Below, one piece after another: positions 18,356-26,764 of a stretch of DNA of 64,000 nucleotides. The position numbers were made by a program, and so were the translations under genes. The DNA is from a virus. Taxonomy: Duplodnaviria; Caudoviricetes. The stretch lies in IMG/VR virus record IMGVR_UViG_3300031998_000051, positions 13,819 through 77,818 of that record; one strand, 5' to 3'. The stretch's first letter is position 1. Every line of letters begins with the position of its first letter. The notes beneath the pieces were generated by a model that saw only the letters and a list, made by a program, of their open reading frames with translations, was not told the DNA's origin and did no database searches.

Positions 18356-18598
18356 ATGGGAAAACAAAACATTCAGGCCATCAACAAATGGCAAACGGAG
18401 AACACAGAGCTTATCCGCATTAGGCCCAGGAAAGACGAGTATCTGATCGAACGCATTCAGATGGCGGTAGACGCTGGCAAGACCAAGAGCAGACAAGGGT
18501 TTATCATAGAAGCCATAAAAGAAAAATTGGAGCGGGATGGGATCCCGATCATCGATCCATTCATCGAATGCACCGACAATGAAGCTCCGGGCGAATAA
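18356..18598 (+). CDS. Ribbon-helix-helix-like small regulator
   Basis: AINKW..EN.E.I.IR.RK.....IERI..A.......SRQGFII.AI.EKL pattern; divergent from the peptide operon. Confidence 0.6.
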   Translation: MGKQNIQAINKWQTENTELIRIRPRKDEYLIERIQMAVDAGKTKSRQGFIIEAIKEKLERDGIPIIDPFIECTDNEAPGE

Positions 18599-18612
18599 CC
18601 CGGAGCCTTTTT
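18584..18612 (+). terminator. Terminator between convergent genes
   Basis: GCTCCGGG-CGAATAA-CCCGGAGC followed by CTTTTT. Confidence 0.7.
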
Positions 18613-19364
18613 CATTCTGCGCTTGCCCGCGCTTTTCTGGCTTTTGCGTATCCGGCGTACCGTGCATTCAATGCGGCCTTTTCCTCTGGTGTCATGGCCG
18701 CTCGTTTTGCCCTGCGCCGCTCATTGTCCCTGTCGTACTGGGCGCGTTTCTGTTCCGGCGTAAGAGCGGCGAATCGCTCTGCGGCCTTTTTCCTTGCCTT
18801 TTCGCGGCGTTCCTCATCGCTCATGGGCGGCTTCTTCTCTTGGCGCGTCTTGCCCTGTTCGGCCAGCTTGCGGTCGTATCTGGCCTTTGCCCATGCAGTT
18901 TTCTTTTCGCGGTACTCTTTCGCTTTTTCATGGAAGGCATAGCCGCAAACAAGTATCGGTTTGTCCTTCCGGGTTCCAATGCGGCAGTTCCCAACGCAAA
19001 TGGGCGTTTTCACCACCAAATTTGCGAACATGGTATTCAGCCGGTTGCGCCATGCGCTGATGAAGAAGCAATGAAACTTTTTCCCGATGTCTTTAAAAGT
19101 CTTTTTCACCACAAGCTCCCAGAGCAGAATCAGCGCTTCGCCCATGGCATCATCAAACGTCCAGGAGAAGGCATTCAGAAAGCCCTTGCTTGCATTCAAG
19201 ATGATGGGCTTCATGCGGTAGTGAAGCTCCTTCAAACCGGCATCCAGTGGCGTCGTGGCGGCGCACAGTGCGGCGTATAGGGCTTCATTGGAAACGCCTT
19301 CATAGGCTGGGTCGAAGGTGTAGCAAGGCCGATCTGCGGCCTTCTTGTCGATTGCCTGCATCAT
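18612..19364 (-). CDS. Sigma70 region-2-like protein with long basic C-terminal tail
   Basis: LHYRMKPII.....DDAMGEALILLWELV.....F..FF.SAWRNRL resembles sigma region 2; C-terminus is K/R/E/A-rich; AAGGAGGT RBS. Confidence 0.55.
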   Translation of the reverse strand: MMQAIDKKAADRPCYTFDPAYEGVSNEALYAALCAATTPLDAGLKELHYRMKPIILNASKGFLNAFSWTFDDAMGEALILLWELVVKKTFKDIGKKFHCFFISAWRNRLNTMFANLVVKTPICVGNCRIGTRKDKPILVCGYAFHEKAKEYREKKTAWAKARYDRKLAEQGKTRQEKKPPMSDEERREKARKKAAERFAALTPEQKRAQYDRDNERRRAKRAAMTPEEKAALNARYAGYAKARKARASAE

Positions 19365-19524
19365 GGTGGTGACCTCCTTGTGTGTTTCTCTTTGGTAGTG
19401 TGTACATTACCATAGGTGCGCCAGTATTGGAATACCAGACGTACACAAGAATCACAGCCATGAATTGTTGGTATCGATCTATGAGAATAGCGGCTCTTTA
19501 TCAGAGCCGCCTTGTTCTTATTGG

Positions 19525-19941
19525 TTATTCATCGGTATCAGATTCGGCAATGAGGCCGCACTCAACCAAGTACTTCTGTATGGCTTCGCGCATCCGCTTG
19601 TCCTCTTCGGCGCGTCTGTTTTCTTCATCGCGCTTCTTTTTCTCCGCTGCCTTGACGGCGCGTTCCGACCGGGCATGCGCCACCTGTTCACGAATGGCGC
19701 GATCTCGCTCCTCACCTTCCAAGATCTCTGAATCCTTCACTAAAACCAACACCTCATCAATGTTTTTCTGGAGGGCATAGCAGAGCCTGCCGAGGTCATC
19801 AAGCGTAATGCTGTTGTTCATTCCGCTGATGATTTCGCCGATGGTTGTAGGTCGAATACCAGTGATGTCTGCCAAATCCACGCGCCGGAAATCGAACTCG
19901 CCAATCCAGATCTCCTTCACGTTCCACTTTACTCGCCACAT
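19525..19941 (-). CDS. Cro/C1-type HTH regulator
   Basis: DLADITGIRPTTIGEIISG....ITLDDLGRLCYALQKNIDEVL. Confidence 0.8.
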   Translation of the reverse strand: MWRVKWNVKEIWIGEFDFRRVDLADITGIRPTTIGEIISGMNNSITLDDLGRLCYALQKNIDEVLVLVKDSEILEGEERDRAIREQVAHARSERAVKAAEKKKRDEENRRAEEDKRMREAIQKYLVECGLIAESDTDE

Positions 19942-20100
19942 GTCAAAAGCCTCCTTGCGTTATATTTTACCAGACCATGGCGTTTTAGTCTGGCTTTTGT
20001 TAGCTTATGGCGAAATTCGGCAGACAACAAGGATTCTGTGATTTACGGATGATGCTTGTTAGTAAATCACGGATTCCGTTAGAAAATAGGTGATTGCAAG

Positions 20101-20148
20101 CAAAAAAACCAGACGATATGCGTCATAAAAGACGCTGTTCGTCTGGTT
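20101..20148 (-). terminator. Integrase terminator
   Basis: AACCAGACGA/TCGTCTGGTT stem with inner GCGTC/GACGC; poly-T on the minus strand. Confidence 0.7.
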
Positions 20149-20157
20149 CACAAAAGT

Positions 20158-21804
20158 TTAACAACCTACCGCCTCGGGAAAATACCAGGTAATCACAAAT
20201 CCAGAGGATGTAAGCGCTATTTTGTTATTGAGATTGCAGGTTAGCGCAAGGTCGGTGATGGTGTACCATCTTCGACTTACGCTAACCCTATCACCGTTAG
20301 CGGATTGCCCGGAATCTTCGGATTCCGGGTTTTCATTTTCCATGAGCCGAATTTCGAACATCTTCTTTTCTCCCGTGAAGTCCACGGACATAACGAAATG
20401 ATCCTTGTACAGATAAACAGCCCGCACAAAGTCGCGGATTATCATCCGTTGAAAATCCGGATCCTTATAGTCACCTTTGCGGATGGATTCCAGATAATCC
20501 ACCACCAAATCCCTGTCGATGTCCAGGGTGTTGTATTTCTCTATGGCGATCAGCCCTTCGAGCTTCTTCTTATCGGCCTGCAGCACTTCCATGCGCTCTT
20601 TGACCTCATCCGACATTATGCCCATTTCAATGGCGCGGATGATGTTGTCGATCTGTTTCTTGGTGGCGGTGAGCCGCTTTTCATATGTGGCCATTTTCGA
20701 CTTCGCATTGTACTTTTTGACGAAAACGACCATGTTGTCAGCGATCCAGTTCACCGTGGAATCATCCAGCACGCATTCAAGAACAGCCTTGGTAATCTCG
20801 GCTTCGATGTATTCCTTTGAAATGTTCGACTTTTCGCAGGCGTTCTGCGTCCGGCGCGTCTGGCAGGCATAGTAAAAATACTTGGTGCCAAGGTGTCCGG
20901 TCCCAGAGTAGCCCACCATTGCACCGCAGCAATAGCCACAGAACAGCTTCCCAGTCACAAGATAATCGTTATTCTCATGCCGCCTTGCACGAATAATCTT
21001 ATATTCGCCCAGCTTCTTTTTCGCCATTTCAAAATCACTCCGTTCTATGATCTGCGGCATACCGCCCTCGATGCGGATGTCATCATAAATATATGTCCCG
21101 GTATAGCGTTCGTTTTCAAGGATATTGTGAAACGAGTTTTTCTTCCATGGCTTTTTCTGCTTTGTCAGGACGCCACGGCTGTTCAACTCCCTGGCGATGT
21201 CGATGTACGTTTCATCATTGATAAACCGCCGGAAGATTTCAGCGACGATCTTTGCGGCTTCCTCATCCAGCGCATATCGCCCATCATCGCCCTTCTTATA
21301 GCCATACGGGATGGTGGAGACAACCTTGCACTTCTGGGCGCTGTCCCGGAGTCCGCGCCGGATGTCCTCGGCCATGTTCTCGGAATAGAACTGGTTCATG
21401 TTCATCATGGTGCGGAGCATGAACCGACCTGTGGCATTATCCTCGAATGCCTCTTTGCAATACACGACACGGACGCCAGCACGCGAAAGACGCTCCTCAT
21501 AGCGGAGAGCGTTGGTCATGTTGCGGCTGATGCGGTTGGACTTGTAAGCCAGGAGCACCTGGAACTCATGCCGATCAGCAGCGCGGAGCATCCGTTGAAG
21601 CCCTGGGCGGTTGTCCCTTTTGCCGGAGATTGCGCGATCTTCAAAGGTGGCGACTATTATCAATCCATGTTGTTTTGCGTAATCCTGGCACTCCGCGACC
21701 TGCTGCTCGATGCTGGCATCGTTCTGGACGGATGAAGAATACCGGGCATAGATTGCCGTGTTGAGTTGATCGAGTGCCTGTGTTTTCGTTTTTTTCATAG
21801 ACAT
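20158..21804 (-). CDS. int: Large serine recombinase (integrase)
   Basis: AIYARYSS catalytic motif, EDRAISG...RPGLQRM, SRISRN, PYGY recombinase domain, LVTGKLFCGYCCGAM and YYAC zinc ribbon, coiled coil. Confidence 0.95.
   Translation of the reverse strand: MSMKKTKTQALDQLNTAIYARYSSSVQNDASIEQQVAECQDYAKQHGLIIVATFEDRAISGKRDNRPGLQRMLRAADRHEFQVLLAYKSNRISRNMTNALRYEERLSRAGVRVVYCKEAFEDNATGRFMLRTMMNMNQFYSENMAEDIRRGLRDSAQKCKVVSTIPYGYKKGDDGRYALDEEAAKIVAEIFRRFINDETYIDIARELNSRGVLTKQKKPWKKNSFHNILENERYTGTYIYDDIRIEGGMPQIIERSDFEMAKKKLGEYKIIRARRHENNDYLVTGKLFCGYCCGAMVGYSGTGHLGTKYFYYACQTRRTQNACEKSNISKEYIEAEITKAVLECVLDDSTVNWIADNMVVFVKKYNAKSKMATYEKRLTATKKQIDNIIRAIEMGIMSDEVKERMEVLQADKKKLEGLIAIEKYNTLDIDRDLVVDYLESIRKGDYKDPDFQRMIIRDFVRAVYLYKDHFVMSVDFTGEKKMFEIRLMENENPESEDSGQSANGDRVSVSRRWYTITDLALTCNLNNKIALTSSGFVITWYFPEAVGC
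20239..20287. other. Candidate attP site
   Basis: 49-bp imperfect inverted repeat GGTTAGCGCAAGGTCGGTGATGGT-GT-ACCATCTTCGACTTACGCTAACC around a 2-bp core, the size and form of a serine-integrase attP; lies in the int 3' end. Confidence 0.7.
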
Positions 21805-21915
21805 CTTGCCTTTCGGTTTAATGTCTGCTATAATGAAATAGCAGACGATGAACTTGCCTTGTGAATCGGACTGTATAGCCTGCACCTGTGTGGCCGCACG
21901 GATGCGGGCGCTTTT

Positions 21916-22440
21916 TTATTTGAAATTGAGCGTTACGGGCGGCACGTCGTAGGAATTATAATCCGCATCATCGCAGTAGAAGGAAAGCTCAACCGTCTCC
22001 ACTTCTTCAATGGTGCTGATGTTCGCATCGGTCAGTAGCAATTTGAAATGCTCTTTTGCCTTATGTCCAGCTTCAATCTCGATGTAGCCGACATGCTCCA
22101 CCTGCCAGCCATTGATTGAAGACGTATTGACATAAATCTCGAAATTCTTATCCGAATTGTTCTCAACTACAAAATCAATTTGCAGCGCGTCATTCTCATC
22201 CACGTAATCGTCAAGGCTATAAGATTGAACCGTTGCTTTGACGCCTTCCACATCAAACAGCACGGCTCCATCAATGCCGGAGGCGGATCCGCCGCGCTTT
22301 GCAAGCTCGGCCTGGGCATTGGCGATCTCGGCTTGAATTGTCGCGTCATCCATTGATGCCCAATCAATCTCGGCAGCGAATGCAGAACAGCCAACCAGCG
22401 TTAGGACAAGCACCAGCAACGTACACTTGAACATCTTCAT
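21916..22440 (-). CDS. Secreted/surface protein of the immunity region (possible superinfection exclusion)
   Basis: Signal peptide, acidic beta-rich domain (DFVVENNSDKNFEI); co-oriented with the repressor. Confidence 0.6.
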   Translation of the reverse strand: MKMFKCTLLVLVLTLVGCSAFAAEIDWASMDDATIQAEIANAQAELAKRGGSASGIDGAVLFDVEGVKATVQSYSLDDYVDENDALQIDFVVENNSDKNFEIYVNTSSINGWQVEHVGYIEIEAGHKAKEHFKLLLTDANISTIEEVETVELSFYCDDADYNSYDVPPVTLNFK

Positions 22441-22510
22441 AACGACATCTCCTTTCATCTGTTACTCAAGAAAGCATTCAAGGAAATACTCTATATGCGT
22501 TTATCCCTCC

Positions 22511-23308
22511 TTATTCTTCTATGTAGTCGTAAAGCGTAATAGTGACCTTTGCGTAGTAGCCGATGGAATCGCGCTGGATGTCGCCATCCTCATCGAGCAT
22601 CTTGCTTTTGCCTCCCTTGATTTCTATATCGACATCCAGAATATCATCATTTTCTATCAGTTTTCTGACGTGGCTCACGCTGCCGCTTTTGATATAACCG
22701 ATATGCACATTATTCGCCATTACCTTAATGGCATAATTGCCGGTTTCGGCATTGTGTTCTTCTGGTACCAATTCAGCAGAAACTGAATCAAATTCATATT
22801 GGTAAACCCTTTCCCACGGTGAAAAGTTTTCTTTGAATTCTGATTTTGACAAATCATAATCATAATTATAGAGCCCAATGGATTGAATTTCACTTTGCCT
22901 AAATGAAACGCCAGCAACTTTATGATTCTCCGTTTTGTGCAGTCTTTTTGCGGGTGTCATTACTGCTGGTGCTGGCGTTGTTGTTGGCTTCGGTGTTGTC
23001 ATTTTTACACTGAATGTATATGATGGTGTCGGCGCAGGCGGCTCCGTGGGAACTGTTGTAGGTGTCTGCGGCGTGGAAGGTGTGAATGGTTCCATCTTGG
23101 GCTTTGGCTTCAGCTTTCTGGCAATGGTGCCACACAAACGCTTGATCGAGGTAATGAAAATCACCATCATGCCAAGCGCTCCAATCCCGGTTCCAGGATT
23201 GGAGTCTGGCGCAGAATTCTTGCTGATCATGTTCATGGCCATGCCAACGCACATAATCAGCAATCCGATTATGAATCCGCTCTTATACCATGGGCGTTTG
23301 ATTTTCAC
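22511..23308 (-). CDS. Membrane protein with Pro/Thr linker and HIRAN-like C-terminal domain
   Basis: Two TM helices, P/T-rich linker, HKVAGVSFR...LVPEEHN....AIKV....HIGYI. Start codon uncertain. Confidence 0.6.
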   Translation of the reverse strand: MKIKRPWYKSGFIIGLLIMCVGMAMNMISKNSAPDSNPGTGIGALGMMVIFITSIKRLCGTIARKLKPKPKMEPFTPSTPQTPTTVPTEPPAPTPSYTFSVKMTTPKPTTTPAPAVMTPAKRLHKTENHKVAGVSFRQSEIQSIGLYNYDYDLSKSEFKENFSPWERVYQYEFDSVSAELVPEEHNAETGNYAIKVMANNVHIGYIKSGSVSHVRKLIENDDILDVDIEIKGGKSKMLDEDGDIQRDSIGYYAKVTITLYDYIEE

Positions 23309-23429
23309 ATAGATCATCCTTTCTAACAAAATCCGTTAGACGCTTCCAAAGTCATATTCTGGTAGAATTTTTATGCTATAATCCTTCCAGCCACCGGTGA
23401 GCAAGATTATTCTATGGAGGTTGTTGCTT

Positions 23430-23564
23430 ATGGTTACTGACGCTGAATTGAATCTGGCGCTGTCTATTTTCCGGGCTCTGTCGCAGGAGAATCAGAAGAT
23501 TTTGCTTGATCTCTCAAGAGAGCTGCGGAAATTACAAGAAGAATATGCCGATTCTGATCGTTGA
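23430..23564 (+). CDS. 44-aa peptide antisense to the repressor 3' end (not in ORF track)
   Basis: Extended -10 TGCTATAAT (23374-23382), GGAGG RBS (23416-23420); MVTDAELNLALSIFRALSQENQKILLDLSRELRKLQEEYADSDR. Confidence 0.55.
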   Translation: MVTDAELNLALSIFRALSQENQKILLDLSRELRKLQEEYADSDR

Positions 23565-23856
23565 GTGCAGAGAAGTTATCTAAAAACTCCTGTTCAAAGA
23601 TCGTAAGCCCGCCCGATACGGTGGGCTTTTCTTCGTTCTGGTCAAGCAGTTCATCGGGATCTGCTTTTAAGAAATAGTCAAGCTCCATACCCAAAGCATC
23701 AGCAAACTGCTGGATCATCTGCAAATTCACCTTTTCATTATCTCTCTTGATAATAGAATAGATGGTGTTTTTGCTTATTCCAGTCATTGTTGCCAGTGTT
23801 CCAGGCTTTATTCCCTTCATCTTCAAAGCCTCTTCTAACTTTTTTCCGAGTGCCAT
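23464..23856 (-). CDS. CI-like XRE repressor
   Basis: N-terminal HTH (LATMTGISKNTIYSII...NLQMIQQFADALGMELDYF); divergent from a cro-like gene. Confidence 0.88.
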   Translation of the reverse strand: MALGKKLEEALKMKGIKPGTLATMTGISKNTIYSIIKRDNEKVNLQMIQQFADALGMELDYFLKADPDELLDQNEEKPTVSGGLTIFEQEFLDNFSALNDQNRHILLVISAALLRDQAKSSDSPATEPGK

Positions 23857-23892
23857 TTGATTTCACCTCCATACGAAATTTCTGTTACCTTT

Positions 23893-24010
23893 ATTATATA
23901 TGTCTTAACAAAAAATGTCAATGAAAAAATTTTGCATTTGCACAGATTTTCTATTGACAAGCACGCAAATTCGTGCTATTATTAGGTCACAAAGCACGCA
24001 AATGCGGGCT
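23893..24010. promoter_or_regulatory. Lysis/lysogeny switch: divergent promoters and operators
   Basis: Minus TTGACA(23921-23916)-17-TATAAT(23898-23893); plus TTGACA(23954)-17-TATTAT(23977). Quasi-palindrome AGCACGCAAATTCGTGCT in the plus spacer, repeated as AAGCACGCAAATGCGGGCTT at ~23992. Confidence 0.85.
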
Positions 24011-24036
24011 TTTGAACCGGTAAAGGAGGTGAAACA

Positions 24037-24249
24037 ATGTATCCGAATTTGGAAAGCGTCATGACGCTTAAGGGCATTACCTTAGAGAATTTTGCTGCCG
24101 CGCTTCACATTCACCGCAACACTGCAGCAAATAAGCTCAAGGGTGAGAGTGATTTCACTTACCCGGAAGCGATGATCATCTCGGAAGTTCTTTTTCCCGA
24201 GTATAAGGCGTCGTACCTGTTCAAACGGAAAGTCGAAGATGTAGGATAG
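24037..24249 (+). CDS. Cro-like HTH protein
   Basis: MYPNL...M...GIT....A.AL.IHRNT..NKL.G.SDFT..EA. Confidence 0.85.
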   Translation: MYPNLESVMTLKGITLENFAAALHIHRNTAANKLKGESDFTYPEAMIISEVLFPEYKASYLFKRKVEDVG

Positions 24250-24263
24250 GGAGATGAGTAGCA

Positions 24264-24449
24264 TTGGAATCAACGGCCACCAGCGGCGTGATCCGGCACG
24301 AGCTGATCCCGGAGCATACGCGCACGGACATCATGGAGGTAGTGTTCAAGGGCGTCACAGCCTACCAGCGTTACCTTCAAGAAAGCCCGGAGCGTATGCG
24401 GCAGTATCTGGAGCGAAAAGCCGAGCGGCAGAACGCTCAGCGCAAATGA
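24264..24449 (+). CDS. Hypothetical protein
   Basis: 61-aa ORF after cro with GGGAG RBS. Confidence 0.5.
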   Translation: MESTATSGVIRHELIPEHTRTDIMEVVFKGVTAYQRYLQESPERMRQYLERKAERQNAQRK

Positions 24450-24582
24450 AAGCGGCCCGCTGCTGGACATCAGCGAACCGCTCAGGTTAGAGAGATGAGC
24501 GTTAGGATTATCGGGCGATAACCTGTTGAAATGGCTCACCATTATTCTATATGATTTGCGGACTTTTGTCAAGGAGCGATTT

Positions 24583-24819
24583 ATGGCAAAGACCTATGAC
24601 GCCGTCGAAGCGGCGAAGGCGCAGGAGCATCACTGCAATGAGCGCAAGGTTCCGTTCTTTGCGCCGCGCAACGGCTGGTGCTGCTACTGCGGCAGGAACA
24701 TCTTCGAGCCGTATACCTACCGCCGGGAACCAATCCTGACCACAGGCATCAGCGTAGAAGAAGCCGGATCCCGCATCATTACCAGTTGCCCGCACTGCAA
24801 CCATACCTTCACAGATTGA
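24583..24819 (+). CDS. Hypothetical Zn-binding protein
   Basis: AAGGAG RBS; CCYCGRNIF...ITSCPHC. Confidence 0.65.
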   Translation: MAKTYDAVEAAKAQEHHCNERKVPFFAPRNGWCCYCGRNIFEPYTYRREPILTTGISVEEAGSRIITSCPHCNHTFTD

Positions 24820-24829
24820 GGATATCACA

Positions 24830-25435
24830 ATGATCTGGAACGAAGCGCCACAGGTGGGCTTCAATGAGAAGCGCCACCAGTACACCAAAGATGGATTGAT
24901 TCTTCCGAGCGTGACGCAGATCATGAAGCCGCTGACGCTTTCCGTTTACGATGGAACGCCCAGGCAGGCCATGAGCGATGCGGCAGACCGAGGAACGAAA
25001 GTCCATGCGGCAATCAGCGACCATGTGCTCTACGACATTCTGAAATATGATGATGAGATGGAGCTTTACGTTCGCGCATTCCTGGACTTCGAGAATCATT
25101 TCAAGCCCACATGGTTGGCGAGCGAGTGCAGGATACACCACAAGAATCTGGACTATGCCGGAACGATTGACCTGATCGGCTATGTAGAGCCGGATAACGG
25201 CAACGGCGTTGATGTGGTGGATCTGAAATGTACCGCACAAAACCACAAGATTCTGTTAGACACCCAGTTGGGAGCCTATGCGGAGGCCCTGAAAAGCCAT
25301 GATGTGAAGATTCGGAATTGCTATGGTCTACAGCTTTTGAAAACCGGCAAATATCGCTTCACCAAACAGGATCCAGTAAACGGCTTTATGCTGTTTCTGC
25401 ATTGCAGAGGACTTTACAACGCACTAAGGAGGTAG
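24830..25435 (+). CDS. PD-(D/E)XK (Cas4/RecB-like) phage exonuclease
   Basis: PSVTQI, RGTKVH, E.R.....YAGTIDLI, VVDLK, QLGAY. Confidence 0.8.
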   Translation: MIWNEAPQVGFNEKRHQYTKDGLILPSVTQIMKPLTLSVYDGTPRQAMSDAADRGTKVHAAISDHVLYDILKYDDEMELYVRAFLDFENHFKPTWLASECRIHHKNLDYAGTIDLIGYVEPDNGNGVDVVDLKCTAQNHKILLDTQLGAYAEALKSHDVKIRNCYGLQLLKTGKYRFTKQDPVNGFMLFLHCRGLYNALRR

Positions 25436-25440
25436 AGAAA

Positions 25441-26130
25441 ATGAGCGAATTGGCTGTAGTCAGCACGGACGCCAGCATCGAAGAGAAGTTGGAACAGTCC
25501 GGCGCGATGGCCATCAAGACCGCGAACGCCCTGGTCATTGACAACCAGGAATCTTATGAGGAAGGTGCCAAGTATCTGCGCGTGATCAAGGAACGCATCA
25601 AGCAGATCGGTGAATACTGGGCGGAGCCCAAGAAAGCCGCGCATCAGGCGCACCAGAACATCGTAGCCAAGGAAAAGGCCATGCTGGAACCCATGCAGAA
25701 GTCCGACAAGATCATCAACGAGAAGATGCGGGCTTATATGCGGGAACAGGAAGAGAAGCGCCGCAAGGCCGAAGCGGAAGCCAGGCGCAAGGCCGAGGAA
25801 GAAGCCAGACGCCTGCTGGATGAAGCCATCAAGGCCGAGGAGAATGGCGACGCACAGACAGCTGCCACCAATATGGCAATGGCAACGATGATCTCCGAGA
25901 CGCCCATTGCGCCGGTTGTGGAAACGCCGAAGGCGCAGGGCATCAACACTCGCAAGGTCTGGAAAGCCGAGGTCATGGATCCGGCAATCGTTCCGGCCTA
26001 TTACAACGGGATGGAGATCCGCGAAATCAATCAGTCGCAGCTGAACAAGATCGCCAGCTTGACGAAGGGCAGCGCGAGCATTCCTGGAGTGCGCTTCTTC
26101 GAGGATACCATTCTCGCAGTCAGGAGATGA
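25441..26130 (+). CDS. Coiled-coil phage protein of the recombination module
   Basis: Long helical region; C-terminal IPGVRFFE motif. Confidence 0.65.
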   Translation: MSELAVVSTDASIEEKLEQSGAMAIKTANALVIDNQESYEEGAKYLRVIKERIKQIGEYWAEPKKAAHQAHQNIVAKEKAMLEPMQKSDKIINEKMRAYMREQEEKRRKAEAEARRKAEEEARRLLDEAIKAEENGDAQTAATNMAMATMISETPIAPVVETPKAQGINTRKVWKAEVMDPAIVPAYYNGMEIREINQSQLNKIASLTKGSASIPGVRFFEDTILAVRR

Positions 26131-26504
26131 GCGCCATGGTAAATGTGATCTGCGATTACTGCGGCAAGCCTGCCGAGCTGGTAGACAGCATCATGGTTTA
26201 CCAGCACGACCACGGCAAGATCTGGTACTGCAAAGAGTGCCATGCGTGGGTAGGCGTTCACAGAGGCACGGAAAAGCCGTTCGGACGGCTTGCCAATGCT
26301 GAGCTTCGGCAGTGGAAGCGCAAGGCGCACCGCGCATTTGATCCCATCTGGCGCAACAAGGAAAGCACTACCCGCCGCGCCGCTTATGAGTGGCTGGCCG
26401 AGGAGATGGGATTGCCTGTCGAACAGGCCCACATCGGCATGATGGACATCGACCAGTGCAAAGAGGTCATCAGGATCTGCAAGGAGGCAATGAATAGGAA
26501 ATGA
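26127..26504 (+). CDS. DUF3268-like zinc-finger protein
   Basis: CDYCGKPAEL, YCKECHAWVGVHRGT..PFGRLAN..LR..K..AH..FD.IW, HIGM.D..QC. Confidence 0.8.
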   Translation: MSAMVNVICDYCGKPAELVDSIMVYQHDHGKIWYCKECHAWVGVHRGTEKPFGRLANAELRQWKRKAHRAFDPIWRNKESTTRRAAYEWLAEEMGLPVEQAHIGMMDIDQCKEVIRICKEAMNRK

Positions 26505-26755
26505 ACAAGGATTCGTACAAGACCAAGAATTCGTATAAGCCCAAGCCCAAGCGCGACAAGCACAAGGATGATCTGAAGGCCGCAATGCTGGTCAAGATGT
26601 CCGTGGAGCAGACCATCAGCGTGCCCATCGACGTTTACGACGGCCTAATCGCCAACACCGCACGACTGAACGTCCTGCGGAAGGTTCTGGAACGCGCCGA
26701 TGAATCCTACCAGACCAAGGCCATCATGAAGGCCATCCTGTTGCCGGAAGACTGA
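26501..26755 (+). CDS. Hypothetical protein
   Basis: 84-aa ORF overlapping the previous stop. Confidence 0.6.
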   Translation: MNKDSYKTKNSYKPKPKRDKHKDDLKAAMLVKMSVEQTISVPIDVYDGLIANTARLNVLRKVLERADESYQTKAIMKAILLPED

Positions 26756-26764
26756 CGCTTCCAA

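Noticed and set aside
24830-25435. Cas4-like nuclease as part of the guide-array system
   Set aside because: It is 8 kb away in the standard exonuclease/Sak4/SSB recombination module.
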